Part shown: in pieces, positions 32,739 to 46,560 of the stretch
Position numbering within the stretch: the stretch's first letter is position 1
How the letters are laid out: every line of letters begins with the position of its first letter
NCBI GenBank assembly: GCA_964036045.1
Contig: OZ038378.1
Location: 59,458,001 to 59,522,000, forward strand
Origin: Eutreptiella sp. 'Long Island Sound 2002'
Taxonomy: Eukaryota; Protista; Euglenida
Reading direction: 5' to 3'
DNA length: 64,000 bases
Program-made: the position numbers and the translations under genes
The notes under the pieces: model-generated
What the model was told of the DNA's origin: nothing
What the model saw: only the letters and a program-made list of their open reading frames with translations
Databases searched by the model: none

Positions 32739-32748
32739 AGGAAGGGGG
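32739..32748 (+). promoter_or_regulatory. Polypurine tract
   Basis: AGGAAGGGGG directly abuts the TG of the 3' LTR. Confidence 0.9.
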
Positions 32749-34130
32749 TGTAATGAAGATGGGCATCGGGGCATCAATTGGCCATTATTGGACCAGAAAT
32801 TTCATTAAAAAGCATCACAAATCCTCAAATCCGCATTAACAATTGAGGATCGGCATGCCGCTCCCGACAGTAGGAGCGGCCCCATGACGAATGCCGAGAC
32901 GTGGACAGAAATTCCCAAATTCTGTCGATTTTTGTACAAGACGGAATACAAATTGTTTTTTGCATTGAAATGTCGACAATTCCGTCCTTGATCGCATCGG
33001 TCCCAGCCGGTTTCGTCGACACCGCCTTGGACCACAATGATGATTCTCAAGTCGGTTTCAAGAAGCCGCCTTGATTCCAACGTCGCCGACAACACCACTT
33101 GGTTCTCACAACCACGTCGTGTTTTTATCACATTGATTTCCATTTTGCCATGTTTACCATGTTGATGAATTTTTGTGTCTCTCATGTTGTTTGCATGATT
33201 CGTAATTGCTCACAATCAAATTCGAGACACTCCATTTCCATTGAGTATGATCACATGTGAGTTGCCATGTCAAGAATCCTCAATTCTCCAACATGCATGA
33301 CTTCACATGTATGCATTTCTATGCACATGCATAATTCATGTTTCATACATTCATGCATGATCATGCTCATTAACTACACATGTGTCAAAGCACATACATG
33401 GCATGTGTTCCCCACTCCCCTCAACTTTGGGTCACACCTCCCCATGGGCTTGGATATCCATTCAAGCCAAAAGTCACATTTTTTTGCATGAACATGCAAT
33501 GTTTTGCTTTCATGACCCATGGTGAACATTTTTGACTATGTGTCAAATTTTGGAGTTTTTGCATGACATGGGTTCAACACTTCACCCATGCTTTCCTCTC
33601 TCTCTCTCCCCTTCTCTCTCCCATGATGTGTTGTCTCTTTTGTTCCAAAGCAATTGCTCCATATCTCAGGGCCTCCTTCTCCTTGCCCAAATTATGTTTA
33701 AATCTCAATTCGTCGCAATGCCGTGAATTCATTGATCCACCGAATCAATTCATTCGAATCATTGACAAGGAATCAGAATTTGGAGAACTCGTATTGGTGA
33801 CGTACCGAGGTTTTGAACCACGCATCTTCGTTTGTTTGGGTTTTGTCTAGTGTCCGTTTGTGCTTCAAGGGATTGCTGAATTTTGCATAATTAGGGTGAG
33901 CCCCATTAAAACAAACACCAAGGCATCTCAATCACCACCTTCAACTTCCTAAAGTGCTTCCATTAGGTTTTACATTATCTTAAACTTTTTGGATTGCATT
34001 TTTCGAAGGATTTTCCTTTTTCAGATTTTTTTACTCTGCTTGGAGAATAAATTTTGATCCTGCGCTCCATGGCTCAAACAACACCACCCGCCATGGATAA
34101 GATAATAAGCTCCTCTCCAAGCTTATTACA
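32749..34130 (+). repeat. 3' LTR (1382 bp)
   Basis: Copy of 15653-17035, followed by the TSD CGCAC. Confidence 0.95.
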
Positions 34131-37100
34131 CGCACCTCATATCCCGTGCCACCTGACTCGTGTCTCAATCATCATATCCCGTACTCTATGAGTGAAACTT
34201 ACCCCTCCTAAACTGTACTCTGACAGCACATTTGAAACCGCAATTCGTATAATCCATATTTCCAAACACATCACCCGTACCTCACACTGTGTACAACATA
34301 CCGCATATCCCGTACCTCGTATCCCGTACCTCACTCAAACATCATATCCCGTACTTTATGATCGAAATTTACCCCTCCTAAACTGTACTCTGACACCACA
34401 TTTGACACCGCGATTCGCATAATCCATATTTCCAAACACATCACCCATACCTCACACTGTGTACAACATACCGCATATCCCGTACCCCGTATCCTGTACC
34501 TCATGAGTCATGTCTCAAACCTCATATCCCGTACTCTATAAGCTAGAGAACTGTCGCCACTGCTGCCTGTTGGCTAAAATCGCCAGTAGTGAACAGGCGG
34601 GATGATTCGTGCAGATACCCGGATAATCGATTGTACAGTACATACAGATTTTGAAAACACGTGATTCCATGATTTCAGATCGATTTGTCGTGCCAGAAAT
34701 CGAAATCGCAAATCCGCCAGATGCCATTTGGTTGGCACGCGCGCGCGCCAGCAGCAGCGTGCACAATTGGGAGGATTTTTTGGGTATGACGAACGACGAC
34801 GAACGAACGAACGAACGAACGAACGTCCATACCACAATTAAATATATTAACTAGTGCGAATGCCCGCGCTTGAAGCGCGGGCCATATCACCGTATCACCA
34901 TAGCACCATACCTCACACTGCACCGCATTTAACATACCCAATACAACACACCTCATGTCCCGTACCTCATATCCCGTGCCACATGACTCATGTCTGAAAC
35001 ATCATATCCCGTACTCTATGAGTGAAATTTACCCCTCCTAAACTGTACTCTGACACAACATTTGACACCGCAATTCGCATAATCCATATTTCCAAACACA
35101 TCACCCATACCTCACACTGTGTACAACATACCGCATATCCCGTACCTCGTATCCCGTACCTCATGACTCATGTCTCAAACCTCATATCCCGGACTCTATC
35201 AAACCTCATATCCCGTACTCTATGAGTGAAATATACCCCTCCTAAGCTGTACTCTGACACCACATTTGACACCGCGATTCGCATAATCCATATTTCCAAA
35301 CACATAACCCATGCCTCACACTGTGTACAACATACCGCATATCCCGTACCTCGTATCCCGTACCTCATGACTCATGTCTCAAACCTCATATCCTGTACTC
35401 TATAAGCGAGAGCACCACTGCTGCCTGTTAGCTAAAATCGCCAAAAGTCAACAGGCGGGATTCTTCGTGCAGATACCCGGATAATCGATTGTGCAGTACA
35501 TACAGGTTTTCAAAACACATGATTCCATGATTGCAGATTGATTTCTCGTGCCAGAAATCGAAATCGCAAATCCGCCAGATGCCATTTGACGGGCACGCGC
35601 GCGCCCCAGCAGCAGCGTGCACAATTGGGCGGATTTGTTGGGTATGACGAACGACGACGACGACGACGAACGAACGAACGAACCATACCACAATTAAATA
35701 TAATAACTAGTGCGAATGCCCGCGCTTGAAGCGCGGGCCATATCACCATATCACCATAGCACCATATCTCACACTGCACCGCATTTCACATACCCAATAC
35801 AACACACCTCATGTCGCGTACCTCATATCCCGTGCCATCTGACTCATGTCTCAAACATCATATCCGGTACTCTATGAGTGAAACTTACCCCTCCTAAACT
35901 GTACTCTGACACCACATTTGACACCGCCATTCGCATAATCCATATTTCCAAACACATCACCCATGCCTCACACTGTGTACAACATACCGCATATCCTGTA
36001 CCTCGTATCTCGTACCTCATGACTCATGTCTCAAACCTCATATCCCGTATTCTATAGGCGAGAGAACTGTCGCCACTGCTGCCTGTCTCCTAAAATCGCC
36101 AAAAGTCAACAGGCGGGATTATTCGTGCAGATATCCGGATAATCGATTGTACAGTACATACAGATTTTTAAAACACATGATTCCATGATTTCAGATCGAT
36201 TTCTCGTGCCAGAAATCGAAATCGCAAATCCGCCAGATGCCATTTGACGGGCACGCGCGCGCGCCAGCAGCAGCGTGCACAATTGGGAGGATTTTTTGGG
36301 TATGACGAACGACGACGAACGAACGAACGAACGAACGAACGAACGAACGAACGTCCATACCACAATTAAATATATTAACTAGTGCTAATGCCCGCGCTTG
36401 AAGCGCGGGCCATATCACCATATCACCATAGCACCATATCTCACACCGCACCGCATTTCTCAAACCCAATACAACACACCTCATGTCCCGTACCTCATAT
36501 CCCGTGCCACATGACTCATGTCTCAAACATCATATCCCGTACTCTATGAGTGAAATTTACCCCTCCTAAACTGTACCCTGACACCACATTTGACACCGCA
36601 ATTCGCATAATCCATATTTCCAAACACATCACCCATACCTCACACTGTGTACCACATACCGCATATCCCGTACCTCGTATCCCGTACCTCATGACTCATG
36701 TCTCAAACCTCAGATCCCGTACTCTATCAAACATCATATCCCGTACTCTATGAGTGAAATATACCCCTCCTAAACTGTACTCTGACATCACATTTGACAC
36801 TGCGATTCGCATATTCCATATTTCCAAACACATCACCCATGCCTCACACTGTGTACAACATACCGCATATCCCGTACCTGGTATCCCGTACCTCATGACT
36901 CATCTCTCAAACCTCATATCCCGTACTCTATAAGCGAGAGCGCCACTGCTGCCTGTCTCCTAAAATCGCCAAAAGTGAACAGGCGGGATTATTCGTGCAG
37001 ATACCCGGATAAACGATTGTACAGTACATACAGATTTTGAAAACACGTGACTCCATGATTTCAGATCGATTTCTCCTGCGAGAAATCGAAATCACAAATC

Positions 37101-39901
37101 CGCCAGATGCCATTGGACAGGCACGCGCGCGCCAGCAGCAGCGTGCACAATTGGGAGGATTTTTTGGGTATGACGAACAACGACGAACGAACGAACGAAC
37201 GAACGAACGAACGAACGAACGAACGTCCTTACCACAATTAAATATATTAACTAGTGTGAATGCCCGCGCTTGAAGCGCGGGCCATATCACCATATCACCA
37301 TAGCACCATATCTCACACTGCACCGCATTTCACATACCCAATACAACACACCTCATGTCCCGTACCTCATATCCCGTGCCACATGACTCATGTCTCAAAC
37401 ATCATATCCGGTACTCTATGAGTGAAATTTACCCCTCCTAAACTGTAGTCTGACACCACATTTGACACCGCAATTCGCATAATCCATATTTCCAAACACA
37501 TCAGCCATACCTCACACTGTGTACAACATACCGCATATCCCGTACCTCGTATCCCGTACCTCATGACTCATGTCTCAAACCTCATATCCCGTCCTCTATC
37601 AAACATCATATCCCGTACTCTATGAGTGAAATATACCCCTCCTATGCTGTACTCTGATACCACATTTGACACCGCGATTCGCATATTCCATATTTCCAAA
37701 CACATCACCCATGCCTCACACTGTGTACAACATACCGCATATCCCGTACCTCGTATCCCGTACCTCATGACTCATGTCTCAAACCTCATATCTCGTACTC
37801 TATAAGCGAGAGCGCCACTGCTGCCTGTTGGCTAAAATCGCCAAAAGTCAACAGGCGGGATCATTCGTGCAGATATCCGGATGATCGATTGTGCAGTACA
37901 TAGAGGTTTTCAAAACAAATGATTCCATGATTTCAGATCGATTTGTCGTGCCAGAAATCGAAATCGCAAATCCGCCAGATGCCATTTCACGGGCACGCGC
38001 GCGCGCCAGCAGCAGCGTGCACAATTGGGAGGATTTTTTGGGTATGACGAACGACGACGAACGAGCGAACGAACGAACGAACGAACGAACGAACGAACGT
38101 CCATACCACAATTAAATATATTAAATAGTGCGAATGCCCGCGCTTGAAGCGCGGGCCATATCACCGTATCACCATGGCACCATATCTCACACCGCACCGC
38201 ATTTCGCAAACCCAATACAACACACCTCATGTCCCGTACCTCATATCCCGTGCCACATGACTCATGTCTCAAACATCATATCCCGTACTCTATGAGTGAA
38301 ATTTACCCCTCCTAAACTGTACTCTGGCACCAGATTTGACACCGCGATTCGCATAATCCATATTTCCAAACACATCACCCATACCTCACACTGTGTACCA
38401 CATACCGCATATCCCGTACCTCGTATCCCGTACCTCATGACTCATGTCTCAGGCCTCATATCCCGTACTCTATCAAACATCATATACCGTACTCTATGAG
38501 TGAAATATACCCCTCCTAAACTGTACTCTGACACCACATTTGACACCGCGATTCGCATATTCCATATTTCCAAACACATCACCCATGCCTCACACTGTGT
38601 ACAACATACCGCATATCCCGTACCTCGTATCCCGTACCTCATGACTCCTGTCTCAAACCTCATATCCCGTACTCTATAAGCGAGAGTGCCACTGCTGCCT
38701 GTTGGCTAAAATCGCCAAACGTCAACAGGCGGGATTATTCGTGCAGTTACCCGGACAATCGATTGTGCAGTACATACAGATTTTTAAAACACATGATTCC
38801 ATGATTTCAGATCGATTTCTCGTGCCAGAAATCGAAATCGCAAATCCGCCAGATGCCATTTGACGGGCACGCGCGCGCGCCAGCAGCAGCGTGCACAATT
38901 GGGCGGAGCGCGCGCCAGCAGCAGCGTGCACAATTGGGAGGATTTTTTGGGTATGACGAACGACGACGACGACGACGAACGTCCATACCACAATTAAATA
39001 TATCAACGTTGCGAATGCCCGCGCTTGAAGCGCGGGCCATAACACCATATCACCATAGCACCATACCTCACACCGCACTGCATTTCACATACCCAATACA
39101 ACACGCCTCATGTCCCGTACCTCATATCCCGTGCCACCTGACTCATGTCTCAAACATCATATCCCGTACTCTATGAGTGAAACTTACCGCTCCTAAACTG
39201 TACTCTGACAGCACATTTGACACCGCGATTCGCATAATCCATATTTCCAAACACATCAACAATACCTCACACTGTGTACAACATACCGCAAATCCCGTAC
39301 CTCGTATCCCGTACCTCACTCAAACATCATATCCCGTACTTTACGATCGAAATTTACCCCTCCTAAACTGTACTCTGACACCACATTTGACACCGCGATT
39401 CGCATAATCCATATTTCCAAACACATCACCTATACCTCACACTGTGTACCACATACCGCATATCCCGTACCTCGTATCCCGTACCTCATGACTCATGTCT
39501 CAAACCTCATATCCCGTACTCTATAAGCGAGAGAACTGTCACCACTGCTGCCTGTTGGCTAAAATCGCCAAAAGTCAACAGGTGGGATGATTCGTGCGGA
39601 TACCCGGATAATCGATTGTACAGTACATACAGATTTTTAAAACACGTGATTCCATGATTTCAGATCGATTTCTCGTGCCAGAAATCGAAATCGCAAATCC
39701 GCCAGATGCCATTTGACGGGCACGCGCGCGCGCCAGTAGCAGCGTGCACAATTGGGTGGATTTTTTGGGTATGACGAACGACGACTACGACACGCGCGCG
39801 CGCCAGCAGCAGCGTGCACGATTGGGAGGATTTTTTGGGTATGACGAACGACGACGACAAACGACGACGACGACGAACCATAGCACAATTAAATATAATA
39901 A
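34131..39901 (-). repeat. Head-to-tail tandem array of non-autonomous Helitrons (7 units including the split one; 0.67-0.90 kb each)
   Basis: CTAG plus CCCGCGC-TTGAA-GCGCGGG hairpin at 34851, 35707, 36379 and 37251, with degenerate versions at ~38125 and ~39006. Each unit has one or two ~190-bp internal subrepeats and a (CGAA)n tract of variable length. Confidence 0.9.
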
Positions 39902-40791
39902 CTAGTGTAAATGCCCGCGCTTGAAGCGCGGGCCGTACCGACAACAGGGCAGCTATACTCGCGAAGTTGGCCCCTTGGAGGAATCCGTAACTTTCGTTGA
40001 AAGGAGTGTTGCAAATGGATTTTTACCACGTTGCAAACTGTGACATCTATTAGTTGGACGCAAAACACTTCTAATGGGCATTATCTCTTTTGCGGTAAAG
40101 TATTCGGTGTTTGTATGTTTGCAGTGTTGTAGCTAACGAATTCTGAAAAAAAAGTAATGAGGAGGACAGTTTAAAGGCACCACGTAACGCCGCTTGGTTA
40201 ATTTGTACTTGGAAGTTGTCGAGGGTTTGAAGATTGAGCGGCTTATAGTAGCAAGCCATTGCTCTTTGGGAGAACCCAAAAAGAATTATGACCAACTTCC
40301 TTACCCGAAGGGAATGAAGATGCTTACCAGACACAATGTGGCAAATAATTGCGTTTGAAAATTGTTTTGCTATTTAATGGGACGAAACATATTTTCAGAC
40401 AAATAGAACCTTGACAATATTCACTTTAGGGGCAAGTTCACCCACACACCAACAGGAATGCCAACCGACAATAGCTACATGAGAGGTGAATCTCGCATCA
40501 TACAAGGTTCAAAGCGTTTTCTTACTTGCTGGCGTCGCCCCAAGCACATGTTCCTACAATGACACGGCTTGTACGGCATAATGTACATTGTCAGCGGCTG
40601 CGCCGTTAGTGATAGAGGTTGACTTAGCACCAAAGTCGTAGTCAGGGTTAGGGCAAGGGTCAAGGTGAGGGTTGGTTTCAAATATATGTTGAAAACGGTT
40701 GGTTTCAGATGTAAATGGAACGTGAACAAGACACACCCCGGTGTCAGGTGGAGCCACACGTCATCCAGCAAGGCAATTGACCACGGCGAAA

Positions 40792-43700
40792 TCAAGAAAA
40801 AATTTCAGACCATACAATGTTCGGAGTGTTTGCTTCCTTAGTTACATCCCCCCAAGCACGTTCCCCTAAAATGACGCGAACGCCACGGCGTGAGGTAACC
40901 CGGGAAAAGCCAACATATAGCTGTCCATGGGCAAAAACAGGATTCTCCAAGAGCAACCCCAATCTTTCAAACGACTGCCCTTGGGAGCGATTAATCGTCA
41001 AGGCGAAAGCCAACTTTATTGGAAATTGTCGCCTAATAAATCTGATCGACAACATTTCAGAATCACCACACGTCAAATTGATGCGTGGAATGAGCACAAC
41101 ATTTCCTTTTCGGAGACCTGAGACAATTTCTGCTTGGATGTTGAAATCCAGGCACTTTGTTACCAACAAGCGTGTTCCATTCATCAACCCCTCTGTACGA
41201 TTGAGATTGCGCAGTAGAATGATAGGGGCCCCGACCTTAAGCTTGAGCTGGTGACGTGCCATGCCCGGAGGCTCAAGCTTGTTCAAGAGTTCCGGAGGAT
41301 AGGTAGCTGCATCTTCTTGGCAATCGGCACCAAAATAGTCCTTACTAACATAAAGAAACTCCTCTCCTGGCAAGCTCTGCAGCGCCGCTTCGTTGATAGC
41401 ATTGGTTTCTTGATTTCGGGGTGCCAGAATACAACCAGACATAATTTCCTCCTTGTTCATGGTTGGAAAGACGTGGTTTACCAGTGGCCAGGGGTCATCG
41501 CTTGGGATCAACATGTCTTCTGGTATGGGCAACGGATTCTCGATGGTGTCCTCCCCAACGGATAGCAACCAGCGTGCAAACTCACGGGTCTCGTCATCGT
41601 CAACTTGAGAAGTGCCTCGCACCCGAATATTGGTCGTCAATTCGAGTGTTTTGAAATAGGGCCAGAGGAAGGATTTCTTGAGAGTAGCTGCTATCATGGC
41701 CGCTCGAGAGCCACGAGGTACAACGGGCAAAATTTGCCTCCAATCCCCCGTCATGACGACGGTCTTGCCCCCGAAGGGAACAAGTCGCAGTGCTTCATCA
41801 TTGGCACCCATGATATCTTTGAGCAATTCATCCAATACACGGAAGCAATCGTTGTCTGCCATGGGCGCCTCATCCCACACAATGAGTTGGCACTCATGAA
41901 GTTCCGCGGCACGTTTGCTCTCCACAGGAATGGATGATGTTCCGCCCTTTTGCGGCGAAATACCAAAAGCTGAGTGCGCAGTTGAACCATCATCCAAAAG
42001 AAGAGAAGCGATGCCACTTGAGGCAACCGCAATCGCCCGTCGTCCCTGACTCCGTACATAGGCCAACATTAAATTGTTCACGTAAGTCTTTCCGCAACCA
42101 CCGCAACTCAAAATGAAGAAGCACTTTGCGTCGTTGTTGTCCAAATGTGTACTCGCAGTGACCTGGTCGTAGATGTTGCGTTGCTGCTCTGTCAAGGTTG
42201 GCACACCATCCTCAACAACACGTCGCAAGTGTGCAACATCATACCCTTCATCGTGACCGCCAGGCTTATGGGACATTGCACTGGGCACTTGAAACGGCAT
42301 AGAAGGAAACGAGCGAAGAGAAAGTCCTTGCTTTTGCAGCATGCCCTCGACCCGCAATAGGGCTTCATTCACAATCTCGGCATGCGTTGGCTCGTTTTTT
42401 GTGCCAGGATGTGTACGTTGCCAATTTCAACGAATGTCGCTGATGAACTCTTCCTCGTACTTTAACCACAGCTTGTAGGGATCTTTTGGGGAGTTGTACT
42501 CCAAGATGGTGCAAAAAAGAAGTCGTAGTCGGCCGGATTTGTAGTACATTTTTGCCTCGTTCAGACATTGTTCCCACTCGGTGTCATCTTCTAGAAGGCC
42601 GCGACGTACGCCTGCTTCTTGAAAAGTGGCACATAGGTTGCCGTTAACGGTACGCAAATCTTGGAAAGAGGTTGCACCAGCAACATGGTGTAACAATAGT
42701 CGGAGAAAGTATACTTCGCCCGCATTCGGGAGCACAAAGTACATGCGACCAATTACCGTGTTTAGTCCTCTCTTCCGAATTTTCCATTCTTTGGTCTTTG
42801 CATCATACGTGAACCGCTCGGGATAGTCCGTGTACAGCAAGTGCTTACCGAAAGCATGATCCGGCTTGGCGTTGGACTTCAACCAAGCGGTTAGTGGTGT
42901 GTCGGGGGGTCCATCTCCAACGATGTCAGTAAGATGTTGTTGGTCGTGCCATCGAACGTGCTGCTGGTTTTCTAAGTGAACTGGTAGCCGCAATACCGCG
43001 GGAAATTGCTCATGTAAGTCAAATGCCAATAGTCTCCACACTCCTTCAGATGTGCAAATGTACCGGCCCTCCACGAACTCCACAACTTCGTTGACTTGAT
43101 CATCTCGTAGGGTGGCGTCGTACCGGTCAAACCCCTTGTAAATATACTCGTGCAAGTATTTGATAGCCGCAAGTGAGGCACAGTACTCCACGTTGATGTG
43201 GCAAGCATATTTTCTGGCCAACGCACGCACATGTGGAACCACCCAACGATTATCAAGTTCATGCCCCCTGCATGTTATAGTGCGGCCGTTGTTGCGACGG
43301 CGATAAAGAGGATATCCATTTTCGCTGTTCATGGTCACATCTTGGAATTCCTTCGGGTACCGATTCTTACAATGTCCATCCTTCATGCATGCACAGTTCG
43401 GGCCGAGGGAACCGCATGGACCGTGCATGTAGCATTTTGCAATAATCTCGTACAGCTCCGGGTCCTCATCCTCGTCTGGAATCTCAGCACAAATGACGGA
43501 ATCATAATCGTCAGGTGTGAGCAATTTGTAGCCGGCGGCAAAGATAACCAGGATATGTGCATGTGGTAGCCCACGTTTTTGAAATTCGATGACATACATG
43601 TGGCCGACTGTGCGACCAAGACAACCATCCTTCAGAAGGTCTTCTAACGAAGACTGCAGCTTCAGCTTGAAAACACGGGTAATCAAATCAGGACGATCAT

Positions 43701-46560
43701 TTGGTTTTTGTCCTGGCAGTAGAGCGGCCTCCACCTCCGGCCAATTGGGATTGGCTGTCATGGTAATGAACAGGTCTGCCTTGCCCCGTTTGCTACAAAT
43801 AGCAATCCCATCCTGAAAAGCGGCATGAAGAGCGCGCGGACTCCCGCCAAAAGAGCTGGGCAAAATTACCCGCTTTTCAACGGATGAAGCGTCGCGATCA
43901 CCTTTTTTGGTGGCATCTTCAACACCCGAATACAAATGTGTGCGCAATTTGGACTGGTTCTGAGAGACATATTGCAAGCGTTGAGATTCCACTTTGCGGT
44001 ACTGGTCCACGATGTATTCTTCGTACAATTTTTGACATCTTTGCAAATAATTTCCAGTGTACGATTCCGGACGTTGCATGAGGTAGAAGGCGGCAAAGTC
44101 TCGGGCTGTAACCGTCTGACGGCTTTTGGCCTTTGGGGCATTGCCTTGCTCTAGATTTTCGCACCCGCCGCGCTGACGCCGATAAGTGACATTGAGGGGA
44201 ATGTCAGTTGTCCACCCTTGCTCACCGCGCGGAAAAAGGAGTACAAAGTGTAAAGGATCGTAGGCAGAGTTCAAGTCGGTGATACGTTTGACCCCACCTC
44301 CATGCATGCGGACCGCAATGCTACGAGGAGCGGCGACATGACTGCCATCCGGAATGAACGCTGCAATGTCGCTGACACGGGGAACATTGTAGGTGCGTGG
44401 GTCAACGTTGGCATTGCACCGCAGCAAGATGGTCACATTGGGGACCTCAAGTTCAGCCGAGTGTTGAAAAACCTGTACATAGGCGTTGTGTGTGTTCAGC
44501 ATAGCTCCCAGTTGGCGGAGTAGATCCTCTCTCAATTCCGATGACAGTGGAAGTCCTTGCCATGCCTTCAGTTGATCTTCGGTTTCCAAAATGTACACCT
44601 GTGCAAACCGGGCTGGTTGATTTTCTCTCGGCCTCAGGGGACCCATGCGGTGATACACATTTCCAGACACCCGAAACTGGTGGGGGCCACCCGCCATTGG
44701 CCCTTTCGTGAACCGCATGTCGATATTTGCTTCAAGAGAGGCCATGGTGAAGGCTGAGTTGTACTTTCGAATGTTTTGCCGAAAATGGCGTCCCTGTCCG
44801 GTTTGCTCGGTCAATAGGGTTTTGAGCGGTTCCGGTCGATCAAGCAGAATGGGCAGTTTCACTTGTCCGCCACGGCAACAAATGGTAGGTCGCTCGGCAC
44901 TCCAACGTAAAGCGTGACAATGTTCACACTCCACTTCCATGTTGTCAAGGACGTGACGCTTGATGTGGGTAATATCTTCATCGGCGTTTGATCTAAACAA
45001 GCATTCGTGGCGCAACCTTTGCATTTCCAATGCATGGGCCCTCCGCGCTCGCCTTTGCTCATTGATGTTGTCTTTGGCCTCTGGATATCGCTCCCGTCTT
45101 TCCTCATTGATGTTGTCCTTGTTCTGCGCGTACGCCTCTGGATATCGCTCCCGTCTTTCCTCATTGATGTTGTCCTTGTTCTGCGCGTACGCCTCTGGAT
45201 ATCGCTCCCGTCTTTGCTCATTGATGGTGTCCTTGTTCTGCGCGTACGCCTCTGGATATCACTCCCATCTTTGCTCATTGATGGTGTCCTTGTTCAGCGC
45301 GTAAGCCTCTGGATATTTCGCCCCTCTTTGCTCATTGATGTTGTCCTTGTCCGCCTCTTGATATCGCTGCCGTCTTTGCTCATTGATGTTGTCCTTGTCC
45401 GCCTCTTGATATCGCTGCCGTCTTTGCTCATTGATGTTGTCCTTGTTTGCCTCTTGATATCGCTCCCGTCTTCGCGCATTGATGCTATCCTTCTTTTGCG
45501 CGTACAGCTGTTTATATCGTTCTCGTCTTTGCTTATTGACTTCGTCCCTGACATCTTGATATCGTTCGCGTCTTTGTTTATTGAATTCGTCCTTGCTTTG
45601 CGTGCATCGTGCTCGTTTTTCAGCATGTCCATCATCGCTTTCCCCTGCATTTAGGTCTAAATGTGGTTCTCGTGTTCGCTTTTTTCGTGCTTCTACACCA
45701 TGCGTGTCCGCAGAAATGGGTTGTGCCATCACATTTGGAGATCCGAGTGCACGTGATGCACTGCTAGCCGGGTGGCCAAAGTTGGGGTTCATATGTGGGT
45801 TCAATCCGAACCGGCCTGAGCCAAGCGGCGGAATCCTCGCAAAGCTTTGGTGGGAAGATGGATCAAACCAAGGCTGGTCGGGAACGTTTTGTGGGGGCAT
45901 TGGCAGATATGGAGGGAAGTATGGCTGAGCTTCGGATAGTAAAGCTGTTGATGTGTAATTGACCGCCATGCGATGGACACCCGGGGACGCAACGGCACTG
46001 GAACTTAGAGGCATGGTGAAGGACAACGACCCGGGCGTTGGGATTGGCCCCTCAAATTGTACATTTGGGGTGGATGGGGTACAGCTTGTTGCCCCAAGCG
46101 GTAACGGCAATGGACCAGGTTGAATGTTTGAAGTTTGTACAGGTGGAGGATTGGATGATATTGACGGCGACGAAGCTTCACGCACCGCCATAACTATCCC
46201 CGAAAGCATCATTGCTGACATAAGATCCCTCCAGGCATAGTGGTCTTCTTCTTGCCAAAAGAAAAGACGACCCGTAATCCGCTTTTGAGTTGCATCCATC
46301 CAACGGTTGAAAATGGGATAATAGTGCATATTCTGTTGTACGAAAGCATGCACTCTTTCCGCGTCATGGTCGGATAATTCAGGCAACATGGCGCAACAAA
46401 TCAATCTTGACAAAGAAGAAATGGAAACAATAAGGGCAAGAACCTGACTGTTCGGTGTGGCCATGTATGCATAGCACATTGGATGTGCACTGGGGTTTTT
46501 TTTCTTGAAATGGTGTTTAGTGATTGGTTGTATTTTGGGCGTACGTAGCCTTGTATGCAT
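40792..46560 (-). pseudogene. Helitron RepHel (basic repeat N-terminus, HUH Rep, Pif1 helicase): one frame of ~1920 codons with two in-frame TGA
   Basis: ORFs 45259-46560, 42427-45030 and 40792-42372 share one frame. HUH YVIEFQKRGLPHAHIL, KYLHEYIYKG; Pif1 GGCGKT, IVWDEAPM, GDWRQILPV, AFALTINRSQGQ, HGQLYVGFSRV. Stops at 45259-45261 and 42427-42429. Confidence 0.95.
45075..45480 (-). repeat. Coding minisatellite: ~4 x 60-bp and ~3 x 48-bp units (KDNINEQRRERYPEA...)
   Basis: Repeated CTCTGGATATCGCTCCCGTCTTT.CTCATTGATG.TGTCCTTGT on the + strand. Confidence 0.9.

Larger units (their letters stand above)
15653..34130 (+). mobile_element. Full-length Ty3/Gypsy chromovirus-type LTR retrotransposon, 18,478 bp (decayed)
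   Basis: TGTAAT...ATTACA LTRs, 5-bp TSD CGCAC (15648-15652 and 34131-34135), PBS, PPT, and domain order PR-RT-RH-IN-chromodomain. Confidence 0.97.

Noticed and set aside
34131-39901. CRISPR-like array or plain satellite
   Set aside because: Units are 0.7-0.9 kb and near-identical throughout, with no unique spacers, and they carry Helitron termini.
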